Below are positions 57,269 to 64,000 of a DNA stretch of 64,000 bases, piece by piece. Source of the stretch: Chthonomonadales bacterium (GTDB lineage Bacteria; Armatimonadota; Chthonomonadetes; Chthonomonadales; CAJBBX01); assembly GCA_049967475.1 (NCBI GenBank), contig JBMFSQ010000001.1, positions 118,600 to 182,599 of the forward strand. Direction: 5' to 3'. The translations under genes were made by a program, and so were the position numbers. Under the pieces are notes generated by a model that was given only the letters and a program-made list of their open reading frames with translations, searched no databases and was not told the DNA's origin. Within the stretch, counting starts at the first letter, position 1, and the number at the start of each line of letters is the position of its first letter.

Positions 57269-59911
57269 TCAGTTCACGACGGGTGCCGGCTCCTCCCGGG
57301 GAGCAGCCTCGTGGCGCACCACCAGGTTGCCGGCCTCCACATCCACGATGATTGTGGACCCGTCGGGTATGTCGCCTGCAATGAGAGCACGGCCGATGCG
57401 CGTTTCAAGCGAGCGCTGGATAAGGCGCTTGAGCGGCCGGGCTCCGTACACTGGGTCGTAGCCCTGTTGGGCAAGCAGCCGCCGTGCGGCCTCAGTAAGC
57501 TGGAGGGCGATGCCGCGATCGCGCAGCCGGGCTCGGAGCAGATCCACCTGCAGATCTACGATGCGCTCGATCTCGGTCAGCGTGAGCGGCTTGAAGATCA
57601 CGATCTCGTCTACGCGGTTGAGGAATTCCGGCCGCGTGTGGGCCCGAAGCTCTGCCATTACTTGTTGGCGCGCCGCGTCGGTGATCTCGCCTCTGGCCGT
57701 CACACCGTTCAGCAGATAATGCGACCCGATGTTGCTGGTCATGATGATGACGGTGTTTTTGAAGTCCACCGTGCGGCCTTGGGCATCGGTGAGGCGGCCG
57801 TCATCCAAAATCTGCAGCATCACATTGGACACGTCCGGGTGGGCCTTTTCGAACTCATCGAACAGGATGACGCAGTAGGGATGGCGCCGGACGGCCTCGG
57901 TAAGCTGCCCGCCTTCCTCATATCCCACGTATCCGGGGGGCGCACCGATCAACCGAGACACGGTGTGCTTCTCCATATACTCCGACATGTCTATGCGCAC
58001 CATGTTCTCTTCGCTGTCGAAGAGCGCTTCAGCCAGGGCTCGGGCAAGCTCGGTCTTGCCTACTCCGGTGGGGCCCAGGAAGATGAACGATCCTATGGGT
58101 CGCCGGGGGTCTTTGATGCCCGCTCGGGCGCGGATGACGGCGTCGGCTACGAGCTGCACGGCCTCATCCTGACCCACTACGCGCTTGTGGAGCAGTTCGT
58201 CCAAGTGCAGGAGCTTCTCGCGCTCACCTTCTACCAGGCGCGTTACCGGGATGCCGGTCCACTTGCTTACAATCTCGGCGATTTCGTTCTCCGTTACCTC
58301 TTCACGCAGGAGGCGTGCTCCGCCTTGCTCCTGCAGGAGGCGGTCGCTTTCGGCCTGAAGCTGCTTCTCCAGGGCCGGCAGGCGGCCATATCTCAATTCT
58401 GCCGCTTTATTCAGGTTGTACTCGCGCTCCGCAGCTTCAATCTCCCGGCGCACCTGCTCGATCTCATCTCTGAGAGCCTGCACCCTCTTGATGGCAGCCT
58501 TCTCGGCCTCCCACTGGGCTTTCATGGCCGATGCGCGCTCCCGGAGGTCCGCCAGCTCCTTGCGGAGGTTTTCCAGCCGCTCGAGGCTTGCCTTGTCCTT
58601 CTCTTTCTTGAGGGCCTGCTCCTCGATCTCGAGCTGCATCACGCGCCGAGTGATTTCATCCAGTTCTGCAGGCATGGAGTCGATTTCCGACCGGATCATG
58701 GCGCACGCTTCGTCCACGAGATCTATAGCCTTGTCCGGCAAGAACCGATCGGTTACGTATCGGTTCGAAAGGACGGCGGCGGCCACCAGGGCATTGTCTT
58801 GGATACGGACGCCGTGATGCACTTCGAAGCGTTCGCGCAGACCCCGAAGGATGGAAATAGTGTCTTCCACTGTGGGAGGATCCACCATCACGGGCTGGAA
58901 GCGTCGTTCCAGAGCTGCATCCTTTTCGATATGCTTTCGGTACTCATCCAGTGTAGTGGCGCCGATGCAGTGGAGTTCTCCACGGGCAAGCATAGGCTTG
59001 AGCATGTTGCCTGCATCCATGGCTCCTTCCGCCTTGCCTGCTCCGACAATGGTGTGCAGCTCGTCTATGAACAGGAGGATGCGGCCTTCGCTTTGTTTGA
59101 TTTCATTGAGGACCGCTTTGAGGCGCTCTTCGAATTCGCCGCGGTACTTGGCTCCTGCAATGAGAGCCCCCATGTCCAATGCGAAGATGCTCTTGTCCCG
59201 GAGGCCCTCGGGAACATCCCCGCGAACGATGCGCTGGGCAAGTCCTTCTACGATCGCGGTTTTACCTACGCCGGGTTCTCCGATGAGGACGGGGTTGTTC
59301 TTCGTTTTACGCAGGAGGATGCGCACCACGCGGCGTATCTCGGCGTCCCTCCCGATGACGGGATCGAGCTTGCCCCGCCGGGCTTCATCAACGAGGTCCC
59401 TGCCGTAGCGCTCCAGGGCTTCGTAGGTGCTTTCAGGTGTAGCGCTGGTGACGCGTTGGTTTCCGCGCACATCTGTAAGGGTCTTGAGAAAGGTGTCGCG
59501 CGTGACGCCTGCTTCCCGGAGGATGCGTCCTACCGCCGTGGAAGCTCCCTCCTCGATCATGGCGAGGACGATATGCTCCACGCTTACGTACTCATCTTTG
59601 AGGCGGCGCGCCTCGTCATCGGCCTTAACCAGGATCTGGTTGAGGCGTTGGGTAATATAGACTTTGCCTGCTTCGGCCCCGGGACCTGCCACTCGGGGAC
59701 GCCGCTCCAGCTCCTGCTCTACACGGCGCAGCAGATGCTCCGGCGCGATGTTCATGCGCTGTAAGAGGCGGGGCAACAGACCATCATGCTGCTCGAGCAA
59801 AGCGGCTAGAAGATGCTCGGCATCCACTTCTATATGGCCATAGCGGGTTGCTTTAACTTGGGCCTGGCTGATTGCTTCCTGCGACTTTTGAGTAAGGCGG
59901 TTGAGATCCAT
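57269..59911 (-). CDS. clpB: Chaperone ClpB
   Basis: Two AAA+ modules ([16 protein letters not shown]), middle coiled coil, RIDMSEY, GARPL. Confidence 0.98.
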   Translation of the reverse strand: MDLNRLTQKSQEAISQAQVKATRYGHIEVDAEHLLAALLEQHDGLLPRLLQRMNIAPEHLLRRVEQELERRPRVAGPGAEAGKVYITQRLNQILVKADDEARRLKDEYVSVEHIVLAMIEEGASTAVGRILREAGVTRDTFLKTLTDVRGNQRVTSATPESTYEALERYGRDLVDEARRGKLDPVIGRDAEIRRVVRILLRKTKNNPVLIGEPGVGKTAIVEGLAQRIVRGDVPEGLRDKSIFALDMGALIAGAKYRGEFEERLKAVLNEIKQSEGRILLFIDELHTIVGAGKAEGAMDAGNMLKPMLARGELHCIGATTLDEYRKHIEKDAALERRFQPVMVDPPTVEDTISILRGLRERFEVHHGVRIQDNALVAAAVLSNRYVTDRFLPDKAIDLVDEACAMIRSEIDSMPAELDEITRRVMQLEIEEQALKKEKDKASLERLENLRKELADLRERASAMKAQWEAEKAAIKRVQALRDEIEQVRREIEAAEREYNLNKAAELRYGRLPALEKQLQAESDRLLQEQGGARLLREEVTENEIAEIVSKWTGIPVTRLVEGEREKLLHLDELLHKRVVGQDEAVQLVADAVIRARAGIKDPRRPIGSFIFLGPTGVGKTELARALAEALFDSEENMVRIDMSEYMEKHTVSRLIGAPPGYVGYEEGGQLTEAVRRHPYCVILFDEFEKAHPDVSNVMLQILDDGRLTDAQGRTVDFKNTVIIMTSNIGSHYLLNGVTARGEITDAARQQVMAELRAHTRPEFLNRVDEIVIFKPLTLTEIERIVDLQVDLLRARLRDRGIALQLTEAARRLLAQQGYDPVYGARPLKRLIQRSLETRIGRALIAGDIPDGSTIIVDVEAGNLVVRHEAAPREEPAPVVN

Positions 59912-59996
59912 GGTTTGCCCTCTTGAGATGGCGCCGCTGGTCCGCGAAGGACGGTTGGTGCCGCATGATTAATATTATGTGCATGCACTAAGACAG

Positions 59997-60017
59997 CTTG
60001 AGCGTCTTATTGTCAAT
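59997..60017. promoter_or_regulatory. HAIR-like (HspR) operator overlapping a TTGACA -35 upstream of clpB
   Basis: CTTGAGC-N7-TGTCAAT versus consensus CTTGAGT-N7-ACTCAAG (10/14 matches, exact spacing). Confidence 0.55.
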
Positions 60018-60263
60018 TCACCCTTCTATACGAGACTGCTTGGCGGACAGTTCCATGGAAGGCGCAGGCGCCTGTTCCTTTTGGCCGCGGGCCTGCCGCA
60101 TCCACTGTCGGACGGCAGGGAGCTGATCTGGGCGGATATAGAGGGTCCAGATCGTGCCATCGGGCACTTCCACCTCGATCGGCAGTCGGTAGTCTTCATC
60201 CGGCCAGAAGAGGTGTCGGAATTCCGATCGGAAGGCTTGGTATTCTTGGAATGTGAGACGCAC
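60018..60263 (-). CDS. Small hypothetical protein
   Basis: GTG start after GAGGTG; upstream GCGTACAAT -10-like element; fills the clpB-dxr gap. Confidence 0.55.
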   Translation of the reverse strand: MRLTFQEYQAFRSEFRHLFWPDEDYRLPIEVEVPDGTIWTLYIRPDQLPAVRQWMRQARGQKEQAPAPSMELSAKQSRIEG

Positions 60264-60404
60264 GGCGCACCTCGCCACCGGCGATGCTTCATAGCGGAGA
60301 ATGTTCGCCTACTTATTGTACGCGGCATGGAAAGAAGTTGTTCGCTCGGTGTTGGATAGGCAGCTTGGCCGAGGAGGAGACGCATAACGGAACGGAGGAC
60401 GGGA

Positions 60405-61562
60405 GTGAAGCGGATCGTGGTGCTGGGTTCTTCAGGCTCCATCGGGACACAGGTGCTGGATATTGTAAACCGGCTGCCCGATCGGCTGAAGGTGGTAGGT
60501 TTGGCGGCCTATTCCAACGCGGATGTGCTCGCACGCCAGGCAGCAGAATTCTCGGTGCCTTATGTGTGCATCGGCAGCGCTCATTACGGCGAAGAGATAT
60601 TGGGAAGCCTAGCACGGCGGAACACCCAAGTGCTCTACGGCGTCGAAGGGATGTGCGCCCTGGCTTCTCTGCCCGAGGCGGACCTGGTAGTCGTAGCTGT
60701 GGCGGGGGCAGTGGGTATCAAGCCAACTCAGGCGGCGATCGCTGCAGGGAAGGAGATCGCCCTTGCCAGCAAGGAAGTTCTGGTGGCCGCAGGAGAGCCT
60801 ACCATGCGGCTCGCTCGGGAGCACGGAGTGGCAATTCGCCCAATCGATTCGGAGCACTCGGCCCTGTTTCAGTGTTTACAGGGTGCGCCGGACGGATCGG
60901 TAGAGAGGTTGTACCTTACGGCGTCCGGAGGCCCCTTTCGAACGACCTCTGCCGAGGCATTGGCTTCCGTTACCCCCGAGGAAGCGCTGAAGCATCCCAC
61001 GTGGAATATGGGAGGATTGGTCACGATCAACTCTGCGACGTTGATGAACAAGGGGCTGGAGATCATCGAGGCGCACTGGCTCTTTGGGATCCCCATCAGC
61101 GCCATTGAAGTGGTGGTGCATCCCCAGTCCATCATTCATTCGATGGTGCGCTTCCGCGATGGTTCGCTCCTTGCCCAACTCGGCTTGCCCGACATGCGGC
61201 TTCCCATCCAGTATGCGCTTCTCTATCCCGAGCGGCTGGATGCCCGCCTTCCGCGGTTGGATCCGGTGCAGATGGGCGCCCTGACCTTCGAGGCGATGGA
61301 TGCGCGGCGGTTTCCGGCAGTTGAACTGGCCCGCAAGGCAGCCGGGATCGGCGGGACTATGCCTGCCGTCATGAACGCCGCCAATGAGGAGGCGGTGGGT
61401 CTGTTTTTGGATCGGCAGATTCCGTTTACTGGTATTATGGAAGTAGTGGAAAGAGTAATGGAGCTCCACGAGCCTCTCGAGCCGACCTACGAGAATGTGC
61501 TGGAGGCGGATGCGTGGGCGCGGCAAGCGGCTCGAAGAACGGGGCGGTTAGGGCAGGGATAG
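60405..61562 (+). CDS. dxr: 1-deoxy-D-xylulose-5-phosphate reductoisomerase
   Basis: LGSSGSIG, ALASKE, PIDSEHSA, LTASGGPF, HPTWNMG, NKGLE. Confidence 0.97.
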   Translation: MKRIVVLGSSGSIGTQVLDIVNRLPDRLKVVGLAAYSNADVLARQAAEFSVPYVCIGSAHYGEEILGSLARRNTQVLYGVEGMCALASLPEADLVVVAVAGAVGIKPTQAAIAAGKEIALASKEVLVAAGEPTMRLAREHGVAIRPIDSEHSALFQCLQGAPDGSVERLYLTASGGPFRTTSAEALASVTPEEALKHPTWNMGGLVTINSATLMNKGLEIIEAHWLFGIPISAIEVVVHPQSIIHSMVRFRDGSLLAQLGLPDMRLPIQYALLYPERLDARLPRLDPVQMGALTFEAMDARRFPAVELARKAAGIGGTMPAVMNAANEEAVGLFLDRQIPFTGIMEVVERVMELHEPLEPTYENVLEADAWARQAARRTGRLGQG

Positions 61563-61598
61563 CAGCTCGTCAAGGCGCAGATAAGGATAAGGGTTATC

Positions 61599-62969
61599 GT
61601 GGCAGACGTTATCAAAGGCATCGCATCGCTCATCGTGATCTTGTCCGTGCTGGTGATCGTGCACGAATGGGGGCACTTCATCGTCGCCAAGCTTTGCGGC
61701 ATGCGCGTCGAGGACTTTTCGCTGTTTTTCGGCAAGGTGCTTGTGCGCTTGGGAGTGCGCAACGGCACGGCCTACCACATTCGTGCCATTCCCTTAGGAG
61801 GCTTCGTGCGCATCGCGGGTATGGAACCCGAAGATATGGCGGGCGGCCGCAACATTCTGGAAGCAATCCGGTCCTTGCCGCTCCATGACCGCGACGAGGT
61901 GCTGCGCCGGCTGAAACGCCTCGATGCCGAGACGATGGCGGGGCTCGATGCAACACGCGTGTCCGCCCATGTGCTGGAAGTCCTTCAAGGGGCGGTGACC
62001 GCCGACGGGCGCCTTACGGAGGAGGGGGCGGCAGACCTGAGGGCGCTGCAATCCTCGCCTCAGATTACAGCCGATGACCAGCGCCTCATACAACTGGTGC
62101 TTCACGCCAACCTCCGATCCTCGGATCCGGCATTGTATAGCCAAAAGCCTCTGTGGCAACGTGCGCTGGTGATCTTTGCAGGACCCTTCATGAGCCTCTT
62201 CTTTGGGTACCTCCTTTTCTGCGTGATGGGGATGACGATTGGGCTCCCCAGCATAAACAAACCTCTCACGAACCAGATCACCGTGTCCCAAGACGCGTCG
62301 GTGCCGGCACGAAGAGCCGGTCTGCTGACGGGAGACCGCATCGTGGCCATCAACGGAGTACCCACACCCAATGGCAAGCTGCTTGTGGACCGCATCCATC
62401 ACAGCATCGGCGTCCCTCTGGATCTGACGATTGATCGCAGCGGCCGCCTTTTCCATGTGACCGTAACGCCGCGTGCAGATGTGGTGAAGATGCGGGGGAA
62501 GGACGGGAAGATCACCACGGAGCGAATTGGTCGCATCGGCATTATGCTCAATCCCGTGTATGAGCGCACCGGACCCATCGAGTCCATCAAGGCCGGCACT
62601 TTTTATACCTTTGCCTACGTGGCTCAGCTTCTGGGCCTTTTGGTGGAGGGGCACGCGAGGGATGCCGTGGGAGGGCCTATTCTCATGGGGCAGATGGCTA
62701 CGGCAGCTCAACGGCTAGGCTTTGCCCACCTCTTCGAACTGGCTGCGACGTTCAGCCTGAGTTTGGGCATCATGAACCTCCTGCCCATCCCCATCCTGGA
62801 CGGAGGACATTTGCTGCTCCTTCTGATCGAGAAGGTGCGGCGCAGGAAGCTTTCGGCGCGAGAGGTTTACAAGGCCCAGATGGTGGGACTGGGAATTCTG
62901 GCTTTGCTGGTGTCCTTTGTGATGTATAACGACGTCGTGCGCACCGTGGCCGGCAAGGCGATCCAGTAG
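61599..62969 (+). CDS. rseP: RseP-like site-2 protease (M50) with PDZ domain and large insertion
   Basis: HEWGH, IPLGGFV, AGP, PDZ (AGLLTGDRIVAING), NLLPIPILDGG; follows dxr. Confidence 0.9.
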   Translation: MADVIKGIASLIVILSVLVIVHEWGHFIVAKLCGMRVEDFSLFFGKVLVRLGVRNGTAYHIRAIPLGGFVRIAGMEPEDMAGGRNILEAIRSLPLHDRDEVLRRLKRLDAETMAGLDATRVSAHVLEVLQGAVTADGRLTEEGAADLRALQSSPQITADDQRLIQLVLHANLRSSDPALYSQKPLWQRALVIFAGPFMSLFFGYLLFCVMGMTIGLPSINKPLTNQITVSQDASVPARRAGLLTGDRIVAINGVPTPNGKLLVDRIHHSIGVPLDLTIDRSGRLFHVTVTPRADVVKMRGKDGKITTERIGRIGIMLNPVYERTGPIESIKAGTFYTFAYVAQLLGLLVEGHARDAVGGPILMGQMATAAQRLGFAHLFELAATFSLSLGIMNLLPIPILDGGHLLLLLIEKVRRRKLSAREVYKAQMVGLGILALLVSFVMYNDVVRTVAGKAIQ

Positions 62970-63043
62970 GATCGGGCTTGGGAACGCCGGCATCGGCAAG
63001 GGGTCCTGCAGCAGAGCCTTTTCACCCCGGTTCTTGGCGCCGC

Positions 63044-64000
63044 CTACCGTATCGTGACCTCGAGCCGCGTTCCCGCGGTCAGGTGTACCTCCGACGTGAA
63101 GCGGATCACCATGCGGCCCTCCCTGCCGCGCGACACCGAAAAGCCTGCAGGCTCGCGCCCCAGGCTTGCCGTAACAGTAGGAGCCGGGACATCCGGCCAC
63201 GGGACCACGAATTCTGTGATGCGCAGGTCGGCTCCGCCCTGAATCCCTAGGGGGTGCGGAGCACTTTGGGTGACTTGGTCCACACGAAGCAGGATGCGCG
63301 TAGTTCGCTGCCCTGGCGCATACTCCATCCAGCCCACGAAGGCGGGCGCAAACACCGGCGCCGAGAGGGAGCTCATTCCCGCGGGAAGGTGCGGCGTAAG
63401 CACGATGCGCCCCGCCGGTAAGTCCATCGTAAGCCCTTCCAGGGCTTGGAAGACGTTCCATGAAGCTGCGGCGCCGAAATAGGATGGGCCCTGGGCGGGC
63501 CGGCCCGTGGCAGGGTCAAAGGTCTTTGGAGCGCCCCAGGGCATGCCCGCGGTGGTCGTAAGCAAGGTGTCCCATTGCTGGAGGAGTTGGAGCGCATCTG
63601 TCGGCCGGTTGCGGTTGGCGGCCGGCACGGCTAGGTACGCAAGGGTCATGGTGGGGCAGGATAGTCCCGGCGTGGGCGCCTTATCCAGGGCTACGAACAG
63701 AGGTGGGGCTGGAAGCTTGGATTGATGGAGCGCGCTGAGCAGTGTGTCTAGTGCGGTGTCGAGGCGCTGCCTGGGCAGGAGGTCGCCTAAATCCTCTGCA
63801 TCGGCAAGGGCTTGGCCTGCGAGCTGCCCGGTGTCTGCGCTCTTCGATGCCTTGGCTCCGAAGCCCCGGCCGTTCCAGAACGTATCCAGGATATCCTTGG
63901 CGAGCGCTTCTGCACGGGTTTGGCACTCTCGAGCGAAAGCGCCGTCGTCCATTCTGTTGGCCATCTGCTCCATGGCGCGAAGGGCTGCGAGAGTGAGGAT
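63044..64000 (-). CDS. GH116-like glycoside hydrolase, C-terminal part (5' end outside window)
   Basis: TLAALRAMEQMA, FWNG, GQLAGQ, Y..AAASW, APVFAP..G resemble the GH116 catalytic C-terminus. Confidence 0.6.
   Translation of the reverse strand: MLTLAALRAMEQMANRMDDGAFARECQTRAEALAKDILDTFWNGRGFGAKASKSADTGQLAGQALADAEDLGDLLPRQRLDTALDTLLSALHQSKLPAPPLFVALDKAPTPGLSCPTMTLAYLAVPAANRNRPTDALQLLQQWDTLLTTTAGMPWGAPKTFDPATGRPAQGPSYFGAAASWNVFQALEGLTMDLPAGRIVLTPHLPAGMSSLSAPVFAPAFVGWMEYAPGQRTTRILLRVDQVTQSAPHPLGIQGGADLRITEFVVPWPDVPAPTVTASLGREPAGFSVSRGREGRMVIRFTSEVHLTAGTRLEVTIR

Noticed and set aside
56267..59764. 1165-aa ORF on the + strand
   Set aside because: Antisense shadow of clpB and the hsp20 genes; long antisense frames are expected opposite conserved high-GC genes, and it has no recognisable motifs

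Overview
A gene-dense, high-GC bacterial chromosomal segment. Gene content and style suggest a diderm such as Armatimonadota (inference, not checked). I found no rRNA, tRNA, CRISPR array, integrase or transposase. In order: (1) a hopanoid cluster (shc partial, hpnH, hpnA, ispH, hpnG-like, hpnJ, hpnK) with a complete TolC/MFP/RND tripartite exporter inserted in the middle; (2) a long minus-strand run of carbohydrate and cell-wall genes (phosphodiester glycosidase, GH172/DUF2961, DUF3857-transglutaminase, sugar ABC binding protein and permease, ald, GH51, D-Ala-D-Ala dipeptidase, FapA-like); (3) NlpC/P60, ROK kinase, PIG-L, DUF4838, upp; (4) a K+ uptake operon (KimA-like APC transporter, STAS-USP fusion, two RCK/TrkA proteins); (5) GH63-like hydrolase, amidase, GerMN, murI; (6) an exosortase cassette with its own VPLPP-CTERM target; (7) a stand-alone ACT protein plus aspartokinase, then an F-ATPase operon that stops after atpA; (8) clpB-hsp20-hsp20 with a HAIR-like operator; (9) dxr, rseP and a partial GH116-like gene. 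The best leads are the hopanoid-embedded tripartite exporter, a recurrent AGG[AG]-N16/17-[CT]GAA sigma-H-like promoter in front of seven genes, the STAS(Ser->Asp)-USP K+ module and the dedicated exosortase cassette. All family calls come from reading motifs by eye; no database searches were run.
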